Origin: Escherichia phage vB_EcoM_SA20RB
Sequence record: OL960581
Reading direction: 5' to 3' (one strand)
Length of the DNA: 64,000 nt
The notes beneath the pieces were generated by a model, which was not told where the DNA came from, did not search any database, and saw nothing but the letters and a program-made list of their open reading frames with translations. Below, in pieces: positions 8,832 to 17,220 of the stretch (its first letter is position 1; each line of letters begins with the position of its first letter). Made by a program: the position numbers and the translations under genes.

Positions 8832-10151
8832 TCATACATAAAATACATCATAACGACCACGGGTAACACCAACATAAAGAAGCTGCTGAGCTAGTTCAGC
8901 ATCTGCATAATGAATACAAGGCGTATAGATAAAAGCACGGTCTACAGACATGCCCTGAGCTTTATGGAATGTTGATGCAGGAAGTGCTTTCACTTTACTG
9001 AACTGTGATTTAGCATCCCAAAAATCACTCCACGGAGCTTTTCCACCTTTATTCCAATTTTTATAAGTTTCTGCCGTTTTACCTAAAAATAGGTTAAACT
9101 TATATAGCTCTTCATCAGATGAAATTATTTTAATCTTTTCACGATAATATTCATCATCGCCGTAAGTTTCTACTGTTAAATCCCAATGACGAATTAGATA
9201 TTCTCCAGGAACACCACGAGCTTTAACAAATGTTGATGTATATTCTGCTTCTATAATACGAACTAATTGTCCGTTATTAAAAATAATTTCTGACACAGGC
9301 TTTCCATCAATTTTATATGTTTTAATTAATGGTTCCTGCATTACAATAATTTCACCAACGATAAAATCTTTATCAGTTTCAAAAATCTTTTTACGAATAA
9401 TGCTATTTAACTTGTCAACAGATTTATTCGTAAATGCCATTACGCGATTTTCAAACAAATCATCTAGTGATTTTACGATTGAAAAATAATTTACCATAAA
9501 ATCGCGTAAAGCGGTATCACCAGTAAATCCACGTACTCCATGCCCGTCAACAATTTTATCATAAATCCACTTACCATTACGAACATCAGTAGCTACATCA
9601 ATAATAGGAGCATTACTGCGTTTAACTTCAGTGAGTTCACACTGATAAAAATCTTTGTGTGTAAAGAATGGACTGATATAAGCAGTATTTTCTCCTGGAT
9701 CAACAGGTCTAATTTGCTTATTATCACCTATTCCAATTATAGTACACCAAGGTGGAATAGTTGAAAGCAGAATTTTAAATAGCTTTCTATCATACATTGA
9801 CACTTCGTCGCAGATTAATACCCTGCATTTAGCTAAATCTGGTACTTCCTTCTGTTCAAAAAGAACGTTTTCTTCATACGTAACTGGGTTAATTTTAAGA
9901 ATACTGTGAATAGTACTCGCTTCTTTCCCCGACAGTTTTGAAAGAATCTTTTTAGCTGCATGTGTAGGAGCTGCCAAAATGATACCAGTTTCGCCTGTTG
10001 ATATTAAAGCTTCAATGATGAACTTAGTAAGAGTAGTCTTACCGGTACCGGCAGGTCCATTAATAGTTACATGATGTTTCTTTTCTTTAATAGCCTTCAT
10101 AACAATGTTAAAGGCATTTTTCTGGCCTTCGGTCAAATCATCAAATGTCAT
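8832..10151 (-). CDS. dda: Dda SF1B DNA helicase
   Basis: 439 aa, the T4 Dda length; Walker A GPAGTGKTT; MTFDDLTEGQKNAFNIV N-terminus. Confidence 0.93.
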   Translation of the reverse strand: MTFDDLTEGQKNAFNIVMKAIKEKKHHVTINGPAGTGKTTLTKFIIEALISTGETGIILAAPTHAAKKILSKLSGKEASTIHSILKINPVTYEENVLFEQKEVPDLAKCRVLICDEVSMYDRKLFKILLSTIPPWCTIIGIGDNKQIRPVDPGENTAYISPFFTHKDFYQCELTEVKRSNAPIIDVATDVRNGKWIYDKIVDGHGVRGFTGDTALRDFMVNYFSIVKSLDDLFENRVMAFTNKSVDKLNSIIRKKIFETDKDFIVGEIIVMQEPLIKTYKIDGKPVSEIIFNNGQLVRIIEAEYTSTFVKARGVPGEYLIRHWDLTVETYGDDEYYREKIKIISSDEELYKFNLFLGKTAETYKNWNKGGKAPWSDFWDAKSQFSKVKALPASTFHKAQGMSVDRAFIYTPCIHYADAELAQQLLYVGVTRGRYDVFYV

Positions 10152-10459
10152 CGTAAATTCCCTGCAATTGGTATACTAACAATACGCCCAGTATCTAAAA
10201 TTCGCTGATATAATCTTTGTGTGTCTACGTCAGGCTTAACATGTTTAACTTCTATTTTATTAAACCAAAATTTACGTGGAGTCTCAACTAATCTTGGAAT
10301 TCCCTTACCTAAAGCTAGTCGATACTGCTCTTTAAGAGTGGTAAATACTTTATCAGCAATCTTCCATTCAAAAAATACAGCAGGACGATGTTCATCAAGT
10401 GGAACTGGCGCCGTAAATCCGTCTTTGTCTCGGTAAACTATCGCATATACATAAACCAT
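10148..10459 (-). CDS. dda.1-position hypothetical protein
   Basis: 103-aa ORF, 4-nt overlap with dda start. Confidence 0.55.
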   Translation of the reverse strand: MVYVYAIVYRDKDGFTAPVPLDEHRPAVFFEWKIADKVFTTLKEQYRLALGKGIPRLVETPRKFWFNKIEVKHVKPDVDTQRLYQRILDTGRIVSIPIAGNLR

Positions 10460-10460
10460 A

Positions 10461-11216
10461 TTATCCTCGGATAAGTTTAAAAATTGAACAATTTAGCGGG
10501 TATCCTCTTTTCAGTTTAAGTTTATCAATAAAAGACAAGTTTTGATACCGCTCTACACCTTGAATAATTTTATCACACATATCATATTGCATTTCTGCTT
10601 CTGACAACTTTTTCACGGTTTTCCAATCCGAGCCTTTAAGAAGAACGTTCAATTTAACAACTTCAGCGCCTTCTGCTATACGAGAACCATCAATACGAGC
10701 TTTGAGTGCTATAATCGTTAGCTTAACGTCAGAAGTTTGTTTTGATTTAGAAAGCTGAGAAATGTGCTCAATTCGGTTTTCACGTTTTTTCTGTATAGCT
10801 TTAATTTGATTATAAGTCTTTTTGATTTTAGCCCATTTCTTTTCATCTAAATTTAGTTTATGAACTTTTTTCGCAGATGAACGACCAATTCGCAAAGCAA
10901 ATAAATCACGCTTTTCAATCAGCTCTTCTAAAGTATAATCAGAACGAAATGTATTATACTTTTTCTTTACTGCAATAACATTCCCTTTAATGTATCCAAC
11001 GTTATTATCAAAACGTTCTAATGATAATTTCTCTCCTTCAATACGATTATCAAAAGGTTCTCCCGAGTAAGCGCAAACTTTCTGATCTAAAATGTTCTTA
11101 ATGTAATTGAAGTCTAAGTTAAAATCTTTAGAACGTCTTTTTGCAGATGCCTGAGTATGCTCTAAACGACGTGTAATTTTACGAATTTGATTTTTGGACA
11201 TATTATGCAGTTTCAT
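10461..11216 (-). CDS. srd: Srd-like protein (sigma-decoy / RNase E modulator in T4)
   Basis: 251 aa between dda.1 and modA, matching the T4 srd slot and size as recalled. Confidence 0.6.
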   Translation of the reverse strand: MKLHNMSKNQIRKITRRLEHTQASAKRRSKDFNLDFNYIKNILDQKVCAYSGEPFDNRIEGEKLSLERFDNNVGYIKGNVIAVKKKYNTFRSDYTLEELIEKRDLFALRIGRSSAKKVHKLNLDEKKWAKIKKTYNQIKAIQKKRENRIEHISQLSKSKQTSDVKLTIIALKARIDGSRIAEGAEVVKLNVLLKGSDWKTVKKLSEAEMQYDMCDKIIQGVERYQNLSFIDKLKLKRGYPLNCSIFKLIRG

Positions 11217-11252
11217 ATTTTTCTCACATCTTACGGACGGTTGACTAACTAT

Positions 11253-11282
11253 ACTATAACATTTTTACCTTGGCTTGTAAAC
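11253..11282 (-). promoter_or_regulatory. early promoter upstream of srd
   Basis: GTTTAC, 18 nt, TATAGT. Confidence 0.6.
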
Positions 11283-11297
11283 AACTTTATGTAAAAA

Positions 11298-11322
11298 TGC
11301 TTTAAAAATTTCATGGTATAAT
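11298..11322 (+). promoter_or_regulatory. plus-strand MotA-box / extended -10 promoter candidate, antisense to modA
   Basis: Plus strand aaTGCTTTA, 12 nt ending in TGg, TATAAT. Confidence 0.45.
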
Positions 11323-11339
11323 GAATCTAAGTCCTTCCA

Positions 11340-11942
11340 TTATAGATTAAATTCTTCAAAATCGAGAGTATAGATAGTGTATGTTGAATACTTTTTATAC
11401 TCATATCTATCTGCAATTCTAAATACACTTCCAGCCGGTATCATTACTTCTTGTTCATCCGAAACTAATTCCATATTACGATAGCGATGGCTATCTGGAA
11501 ATTTAAAGCTTGGATTATATTCTTTACAGCGTAGAGCTTTTATAGCATACTCCTGGAAATTGAATACCATAGGAGCTTTGAATTCAAAAATAACCTGTGT
11601 GTTATATTCTAAACCAGAAGCAAAATGTAGAGCTATATTTTTATCATATGAAGCTGATACGACTTTATCAAATGTAATAATATCAATTCCTTGATTTAAT
11701 ACTTGCTTAGTCTCAGCTGGAACACCTCTCCAAAGAGGTTTATCGTTTGGTTCCAAACGAGATTTGATTATTTCATTTAACCAAGAGTGGTCGTCTGGCT
11801 TATTAGTAATACAATGAATTAAAAGTTCAATTTCGGATAAATTAAATCCTTCAGAAAGTAATTCTTCACGAATAGAAGCACGCACCGATGCATCCATTGA
11901 TTTGATTTTAAAATCTTTTAATTGCATTGCTGAATATTTCAT
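11340..11942 (-). CDS. modA: ADP-ribosyltransferase ModA
   Basis: 200 aa, the T4 ModA length; paralogous to the next ORF (W/YRG..., EQE..IP motifs typical of R-S-E ARTs). Confidence 0.8.
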   Translation of the reverse strand: MKYSAMQLKDFKIKSMDASVRASIREELLSEGFNLSEIELLIHCITNKPDDHSWLNEIIKSRLEPNDKPLWRGVPAETKQVLNQGIDIITFDKVVSASYDKNIALHFASGLEYNTQVIFEFKAPMVFNFQEYAIKALRCKEYNPSFKFPDSHRYRNMELVSDEQEVMIPAGSVFRIADRYEYKKYSTYTIYTLDFEEFNL

Positions 11943-12562
11943 TCAACTACCTCAATATCATACACTTTAAATGTTCCAAATGAATCGTGTAATTTTTCTT
12001 TTGAAATAGAAGTTATTTTATACTTTCCAATTGGAATCATCCATTCTTGTTCACGCACAATCATCATTAAGTTATCAGTACGTTCTGAATCTAATCCATC
12101 AGTATCTTCATATGTATACTTAAACTCAGTATTAGGAGAAGAAAGTATAATATCGCTGATATGGTCAGAATAATTAAAAGCTTTATCAGTTTTTAAGCGA
12201 AATATTATTTCAGTGAAATATTCAGCATAAGAAAAACCGCACGCTGTGTGCAAACTAGTAGTAAATGAATCTACTCTGTTCGTTGAAAACACTTCTCCAA
12301 CTTGTAAATCTTTAATGAGTTCTTTTGTCGATTTTGATATACCACGATATAACTGATAAGGCGATTTAGTTAAATGCTTTTTAATGATTTTATTTAACTG
12401 TCTGTGAAGAGCTTCATTCTTTTTGGCTTCCATACATTGCCAAAGAATTGACTGTTCAAAGTCAGTAAATTTTTCACAGACCTTTTTATACATATCATAT
12501 TGAAAATCAACGCTTTCAGCTTTTATAGATAACTGTTCAACATCTGCAAGATTAATAATCAT
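11939..12562 (-). CDS. modB: ADP-ribosyltransferase ModB
   Basis: Track ORF 211 aa; starting at MIINLADVEQ gives 207 aa, the T4 ModB length; LYRGIS and REQEWMIP motifs. Confidence 0.8.
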   Translation of the reverse strand: MIINLADVEQLSIKAESVDFQYDMYKKVCEKFTDFEQSILWQCMEAKKNEALHRQLNKIIKKHLTKSPYQLYRGISKSTKELIKDLQVGEVFSTNRVDSFTTSLHTACGFSYAEYFTEIIFRLKTDKAFNYSDHISDIILSSPNTEFKYTYEDTDGLDSERTDNLMMIVREQEWMIPIGKYKITSISKEKLHDSFGTFKVYDIEVVE

Positions 12563-12588
12563 GATAGCCTCCATATACTTCAGAAGCT

Positions 12589-12618
12589 ATCATATCATCG
12601 TTAGAAAGGAAAGTAAAC
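12589..12618 (-). promoter_or_regulatory. early promoter upstream of modB
   Basis: GTTTAC, 18 nt, TATGAT. Confidence 0.6.
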
Positions 12619-12629
12619 AACTTTTTGAA

Positions 12630-12812
12630 TTATTTTGCCCAGGGAGCCCAGGGCGGAGGGTCAAGATGGTATGAAGCTAGTTCTTCTAGAAGAGCATCTG
12701 GGGCTTCAATTCCATAATTCTGTAATACTATACGGTACTCTTTCTTATAATCACTAGAATCATTCTGGATATTCGTAGAATGATTATTTTCTAACATCTC
12801 AAATAAATCCAT
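12630..12812 (-). CDS. hypothetical small protein
   Basis: 60-aa ORF downstream of an early promoter; modA.x slot. Confidence 0.45.
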   Translation of the reverse strand: MDLFEMLENNHSTNIQNDSSDYKKEYRIVLQNYGIEAPDALLEELASYHLDPPPWAPWAK

Positions 12813-12820
12813 ATTAATTC

Positions 12821-13291
12821 CTAGCGATAAAAACCAAAACGACGATTAGTTTCAATAATCTTTCTTTCTTCTTCGGACATTCTCCAGCGTAGTCCAACAT
12901 CAAAATGAGCCCAGACCATCTTAACAAATGCATTTATATCTTTAATATCTTCAATAATAAATGTTTTACTTTTAGAAGGTTGACTAGCTAATTTAACTTT
13001 ATCGTCTTCAAACAAGTCAAAAAGACCATATTCATGAGCCCTTTTATAGCCTTTAATAGTTAAAGCTTCAGAAGAAGAAAACGGTGAATCAGTATTCTGC
13101 AAAATATCTTCAGTATGCTTTATAATTAGAATAACATTTTCTGGATATTTTCTTTCTTTTATATCTTTAATTAAAAGATCCGGATTTTCTGCTAAAGGAA
13201 TAATTAATGAGCACTTTTTATCAAGTGTATTTACTGATTTACCTTCTTTAGACATAAATTCTATTGAATAATGTTTTGCTACTTCAATCAT
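12821..13291 (-). CDS. hypothetical protein
   Basis: 156-aa ORF in the minus-strand operon. Confidence 0.5.
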   Translation of the reverse strand: MIEVAKHYSIEFMSKEGKSVNTLDKKCSLIIPLAENPDLLIKDIKERKYPENVILIIKHTEDILQNTDSPFSSSEALTIKGYKRAHEYGLFDLFEDDKVKLASQPSKSKTFIIEDIKDINAFVKMVWAHFDVGLRWRMSEEERKIIETNRRFGFYR

Positions 13292-13448
13292 GTGATTTCC
13301 TTTTGCCTACTAATGGACCGTCAGGAATTTTGTTTTCCTGAATATATTTCTCATTTTCTTCCATCATTTTACTGCCAATTTTAAGAAGCAAATCCATTGC
13401 TTCATTTGCTTTATCCTTAGCCTCTTCTAACGTCATATCTCTGTTCAT
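13284..13448 (-). CDS. hypothetical 54-aa protein (below track cutoff)
   Basis: Hand translation [25 protein letters not shown]...; its ATG overlaps the upstream stop (ATGA). Confidence 0.35.
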   Translation of the reverse strand: MNRDMTLEEAKDKANEAMDLLLKIGSKMMEENEKYIQENKIPDGPLVGKRKSHD

Positions 13449-13648
13449 GATTTATCCCCATAGATGTCTCTCATCAATTTAAGCGCTGAGCGTTCTAATT
13501 TCTTTTCTTTCTCAGCACTAATCATTGATTTCATCCATTCTTCTGATTCGTTCTGCATTTCTTTATTTGCTTGTTCAACCCAACCATCGTCAATATACAT
13601 TGAGTTTGGTCTATTGAACCATTCGAGCATTTTCTTCAGAACTTTCAT
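13445..13648 (-). CDS. srh: small protein in the srh slot
   Basis: 67-aa ORF; position relative to mrh/modB matches T4 srh as recalled. Confidence 0.4.
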   Translation of the reverse strand: MKVLKKMLEWFNRPNSMYIDDGWVEQANKEMQNESEEWMKSMISAEKEKKLERSALKLMRDIYGDKS

Positions 13649-14108
13649 CTGTTTTACCTAAAACAACCGTAGGAGCATCATCAAATTCATGAATTTTTAG
13701 CAAATTTGGATGTAAACTATTCCATACAGAAGAAATAAAGTATGATAAAGCATCTTCGTCCACAATTATAAATTTATTTCCTTTATCTATTTTCCAACTA
13801 TATACTGAATCGTACGAATAAAAAGATAAAGGTTCATCATTATATTTTTCTGTGTTAACATTAATGTATTCTGATTTAGTAAATGCTTCAATTGCTCTAA
13901 ACGGAATATTTGGTACAGTTTCAATAATTCCGATCTTTTTAAGTTTTATTTCAGCATCTTCTGGAACTGGCATTGAAACGAAATTTTCTACAAGATACAT
14001 TGGGTCACAATAACCCTTATCAATCATTACTGCTACAGTAATTGGAACATCTTTAGCAAATGACATGCTATTACTGCTAATATACATTTCAAACAAAATC
14101 GCTTCCAT
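13611..14108 (-). CDS. mrh: protein in the mrh slot
   Basis: Track ORF uses a TTG start; ATG at 14108 (MEAILFEMY) is preceded by GAGGAAA. Confidence 0.4.
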   Translation of the reverse strand: MEAILFEMYISSNSMSFAKDVPITVAVMIDKGYCDPMYLVENFVSMPVPEDAEIKLKKIGIIETVPNIPFRAIEAFTKSEYINVNTEKYNDEPLSFYSYDSVYSWKIDKGNKFIIVDEDALSYFISSVWNSLHPNLLKIHEFDDAPTVVLGKTDESSEENARMVQ

Positions 14109-14116
14109 AATTTTCC

Positions 14117-14458
14117 TCAATCACAAGATGTAGATGAACAACTAGAATCACAAGAACTTCCACATGAATCGCCAGTCCATACATGAACAGGAACATTAGT
14201 ATCATATGAATCAGAACTAGACTGTGTATTCTGCGTATTAGATGATGCAGTAGGTGTTGACCAACGCCAAGGATTTTTATAATATTCCTGGGCTTCTTCA
14301 TAAGTCATAGTAACTGCTTCTACTGTTCCATCTCCCATATAAACATATTCAACTACAGTTAAAGGAAGGTAGTCATTTGAAATAGGAACTACACCTTCTC
14401 CGGGAGTTGTAGAGAAAAAATCTGTAAAGAAATTTTTAAACCAATTAAAGATAAACAT
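14117..14458 (-). CDS. hypothetical protein with Ser/Cys-rich C-terminal tail
   Basis: 113 aa ending ...[20 protein letters not shown]. Confidence 0.5.
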   Translation of the reverse strand: MFIFNWFKNFFTDFFSTTPGEGVVPISNDYLPLTVVEYVYMGDGTVEAVTMTYEEAQEYYKNPWRWSTPTASSNTQNTQSSSDSYDTNVPVHVWTGDSCGSSCDSSCSSTSCD

Positions 14459-14664
14459 TACAAAAAGCCTCTTTTGAATTCGACTTGCTTATCACCATAA
14501 TCATACCGAATCTCTGCATTAAATTCAACAGAACCATCTGCGTACATCATAAATGAATGCACAACAACTTCTGTAGACCATGGTTGCAATTCATATTTCT
14601 TCATTACATGCCGTGAAATGATAATATCTAAATCTTCATTTGGTTTAATCCAACGATTTAACAT
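14458..14664 (-). CDS. hypothetical small protein
   Basis: 68-aa ORF downstream of early promoter 14691-14720. Confidence 0.5.
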   Translation of the reverse strand: MLNRWIKPNEDLDIIISRHVMKKYELQPWSTEVVVHSFMMYADGSVEFNAEIRYDYGDKQVEFKRGFL

Positions 14665-14690
14665 AGTGCTCTCCTCTATAAGATAGTTCT

Positions 14691-14720
14691 ATTATACCAT
14701 ACTCATTTTGATATGTAAAC
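14691..14720 (-). promoter_or_regulatory. early promoter
   Basis: GTTTAC, 18 nt, TATAAT. Confidence 0.65.
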
Positions 14721-14730
14721 CATTTAAATG

Positions 14731-14756
14731 AAAAAAGGACTCCCGAGGGAGTCCTT
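14731..14756 (-). terminator. rho-independent terminator after soc
   Basis: GGACUCC-CUCG-GGAGUCC followed by U6 on the minus-strand RNA. Confidence 0.8.
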
Positions 14757-14762
14757 GAATTA

Positions 14763-14999
14763 TTAACCACCTATATTTGTAGGTGTAAACATTGCAGCAT
14801 TCTTAGTTTTCCAATCAGCTGCATCAGAAACTACAGTAGAGTATGCTGCCTTTTCAGAAGGAAAGGTCTGATAATGAGAATCTGCGATACGATGCTCGTT
14901 AGAATAAATTTCAAACGGAACAGAAACTTCCATACCTTTAACTTCTTTGCCTTCACCTGCTGGATGAGTAAAGGTCTTGATGTTAACGAAACCACCCAT
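14763..14999 (-). CDS. soc: small outer capsid protein Soc (RB69-type sequence)
   Basis: 78 aa, MGGFVNIKTFTHPAGEGKEVKGMEVSVPFEIYSNEHRIADSHYQTFPSEKAAY; late promoter upstream and strong terminator downstream. Confidence 0.88.
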   Translation of the reverse strand: MGGFVNIKTFTHPAGEGKEVKGMEVSVPFEIYSNEHRIADSHYQTFPSEKAAYSTVVSDAADWKTKNAAMFTPTNIGG

Positions 15000-15030
15000 A
15001 ATAAACTCCTTTATTGTTTAATTACAAGTG

Positions 15031-15038
15031 TATTTATA
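15031..15038 (-). promoter_or_regulatory. late promoter TATAAATA for soc
   Basis: Exact TATAAATA on the minus strand about 30 nt upstream of the soc ATG. Confidence 0.75.
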
Positions 15039-15212
15039 TCAATCTTCAATGAAAACTTGTGCCAGGAATTCATGTTCATCTTTAATTTGTTTATATAAAG
15101 CCATTACAGCATTTATATTAGAGCTATCTACTTTAAGTTGATAAGCATACCACTCGTGTAAATTAATTAAAGCTTTTTGACGTCTAATAAATTCTTCTTT
15201 GGATATTTTCAT
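15039..15212 (-). CDS. hypothetical 57-aa protein (below track cutoff; soc.1/soc.2 slot)
   Basis: Hand translation MKISKEEFIRRQKALINLHEWYAYQLKV...; ATGA overlap with upstream ORF. Confidence 0.4.
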   Translation of the reverse strand: MKISKEEFIRRQKALINLHEWYAYQLKVDSSNINAVMALYKQIKDEHEFLAQVFIED

Positions 15213-15403
15213 TTTGAATGCTCTATAATTAATTTTAAAGCTTCTTCACTGACAAAAATTTCGTCATGACCTTCTGTAACTTCAACCATATGAAGCTGAT
15301 TAGTTAAGAGCTCACATACGAGCTCCTTGTTATAATCTTTAAATAGCTGGTCAATACGCTTCTTGCGGGCTTTCTTAAGCTGGCGCTTATTTAAACGAGC
15401 CAT
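15209..15403 (-). CDS. hypothetical small basic protein
   Basis: 64-aa ORF; overlaps the stop of gene 56. Confidence 0.45.
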   Translation of the reverse strand: MARLNKRQLKKARKKRIDQLFKDYNKELVCELLTNQLHMVEVTEGHDEIFVSEEALKLIIEHSK

Positions 15404-15921
15404 TAATAACCTCGGTCTTGACGTGCGAAATTTTCTGCATTTTTCAAATAATAAAGTTTAAAGATTTCTTCAGCAGTAAGACCAAGACCTTGGAACATAT
15501 TCAGAACGAAATGAAGAATATCAATCATTTCAAATTTAATTTCCAACTGGTCTTGCGGTGACAAATCAGTAATCAGAGTTTCACGGCGTTCACCATGTTG
15601 CGACTTCCAAGGTTTCCATACAGCAGATGCGTCTTTTTCACCATTACTCATACCACCAAGAGAAGTCAGAAGTTCACGGAATTCATCATCAATATAGTCT
15701 TTCTGATTACGTAGCCAATCAACAACTTCACCGGCAGTAGCCAAATCATCAGGATGACGGTTATATTCAGGTTTATCTTTAGCTAAACGAACCTGCAGAG
15801 ATTTCTGCATATCAAGCATAACCTGCAGCGGGTCTTTTTCATCACCGAGAATATCCCAGTATTCATTTTGAGCTTTATCAGCGCCTTCGATCAGTTGTGA
15901 ACATTCGTTAAAGTATGCCAT
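15403..15921 (-). CDS. 56: dCTPase-dUTPase (dCTP pyrophosphatase)
   Basis: From MAYFNECSQLIEGADKAQNEYWDILGDEKDPLQVMLDMQ (172 aa), near-identical to recalled T4 gp56; the longer track ORF runs across its own promoter. Confidence 0.9.
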   Translation of the reverse strand: MAYFNECSQLIEGADKAQNEYWDILGDEKDPLQVMLDMQKSLQVRLAKDKPEYNRHPDDLATAGEVVDWLRNQKDYIDDEFRELLTSLGGMSNGEKDASAVWKPWKSQHGERRETLITDLSPQDQLEIKFEMIDILHFVLNMFQGLGLTAEEIFKLYYLKNAENFARQDRGY

Positions 15922-15955
15922 TATTTTTCCTTTCAATTCATGGGTTAGTAGATTA

Positions 15956-15979
15956 ATTATACAATAAATATATAAAGCA
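15956..15979 (-). promoter_or_regulatory. MotA-dependent middle promoter for gene 56
   Basis: Minus strand aTTGCTTTA, 11 nt, TATAAT. Confidence 0.7.
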
Positions 15980-15992
15980 ATAAGGAGGACAT

Positions 15993-16193
15993 ATGGTACA
16001 AAAATTAATGGCACTTGTTAATGCCATCAAAGGTAATAAAAAACGTATAGCTTTTACTATTTCTGCTATGGTAGGAATTTTACTCTGGAACTTTATTTTA
16101 TCACCAATTGCAATTGCGCATGGTGTTAATATTCCAGTAGTTACTCTTGATACATTCGTAGATTTAGCATTTGCTCTAGTTGGGCTAATTTAA
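15993..16193 (+). CDS. candidate 66-aa two-TM membrane protein (only plus-strand coding candidate)
   Basis: TAAGGAGG 5 nt before the ATG; hydrophobic segments IAFTISAMVGILLWNFILSPIAIA and VDLAFALVGLI; stop overlaps the primase stop. Confidence 0.4.
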   Translation: MVQKLMALVNAIKGNKKRIAFTISAMVGILLWNFILSPIAIAHGVNIPVVTLDTFVDLAFALVGLI

Positions 16194-17218
16194 ATCTTGG
16201 CATATTTAGATAGCCGCATTTTAGCCATTAACCCCTGGGCAATATTATTTTTCATATATTCCATAATTTGTTCAGGGGTTGCACCTTCCTTTCTAATCAT
16301 ATCATTGACATCTTTTGATTTCCAGGGAGATTTATCCCAAAACATAACCCTTTCTCCTGCATCAACTAATTTAGTCATTCGTTTGATAGTGTCAGGGTGA
16401 CGAGGTTCATTATCTAAAACCCACACTCGTCTATCTTTAAATGGAACAACTTCTAGGTCTAATTGACCGCCAGTAATGGCTATACCATTTTCAATAAAAA
16501 GTGAATCTATAGGTCCTTCTAGAACATATACATCACCATCTTTGACTCGTTCAACTCCATAGATTTTTGTTGCCTCAGGATAAGCTTTGATGGTGATATA
16601 TTTTTGAGGAGCATCTTTCTTTAATGCACGTCCTTGAAAAGACTCAGCTTTTCCATTAGCATTATAAATTGGAATAACAAGACGAGGCTCAGGTATTTCC
16701 TTTTTATATGTTCCTGGCGCTATACTGTTAACTAATTTAGGCCATTCAGTTGTAAACCAAAGATATTTCCATTTATCCTTTGGAATACAACGAGCTTTTA
16801 CATATTTTATAATTGGATGGTCTTCCGCCAGTTTATCTAATCTAATACATGACGGAAGAGATTTAATTATTTTCTTCTCAGGTTGTTTAGGAAGTTCTTT
16901 AGGTTTTTCTACTGGACGACTTTTACCTTTTTCTTTTCTTATTTCAAAGATATACTCACGATATAAATCAGGTTCAAACTCCTTTAAATATATTCCGATT
17001 GGTGCATGATAGTTGCAGTTATAACAATGAATATTTCCTTCATTATTATCGCCATAATACCATCCACGGGCTTTATTTTGATCGGTTTTTGAATCTCCAC
17101 AAACAGGGCATCTAAACCGTAATTTAAAAGTTGAACTATTATTTACTTGTGCGAATTTAGGCAAATGAGCTAATGCACGGTATGCAAACTCATTATCAAT
17201 CCAAGGTATTGATGACAT
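16190..17218 (-). CDS. 61: DNA primase
   Basis: 342 aa, the T4 gp61 length; zinc ribbon CPVCGDSKTDQNKARGWYY...CYNC; MSSIPWIDNEFAYRALAHLPKF. Confidence 0.95.
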   Translation of the reverse strand: MSSIPWIDNEFAYRALAHLPKFAQVNNSSTFKLRFRCPVCGDSKTDQNKARGWYYGDNNEGNIHCYNCNYHAPIGIYLKEFEPDLYREYIFEIRKEKGKSRPVEKPKELPKQPEKKIIKSLPSCIRLDKLAEDHPIIKYVKARCIPKDKWKYLWFTTEWPKLVNSIAPGTYKKEIPEPRLVIPIYNANGKAESFQGRALKKDAPQKYITIKAYPEATKIYGVERVKDGDVYVLEGPIDSLFIENGIAITGGQLDLEVVPFKDRRVWVLDNEPRHPDTIKRMTKLVDAGERVMFWDKSPWKSKDVNDMIRKEGATPEQIMEYMKNNIAQGLMAKMRLSKYAKI

Positions 17219-17220
17219 TT

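Noticed and set aside
14089-14301. Minus-strand alternative-frame ORFs nested in longer genes (14089-14301, 21853-22053, 24396-24581, 25602-25793, 31675-31938, 33844-34044, 34368-34589, 39545-39769, 53123-53317, 56038-56226, 58212-58397, 62086-62301, 62757-62939)
   Set aside because: They are fully contained in, or out of frame with, recognised coding regions, and I saw no independent translation signals.
15941-15992. Late promoter for the plus-strand 66-aa ORF
   Set aside because: Only AATAAATA / TATATAAA are present, with no exact TATAAATA, so no promoter call was made. The ORF itself is kept as a low-confidence candidate.
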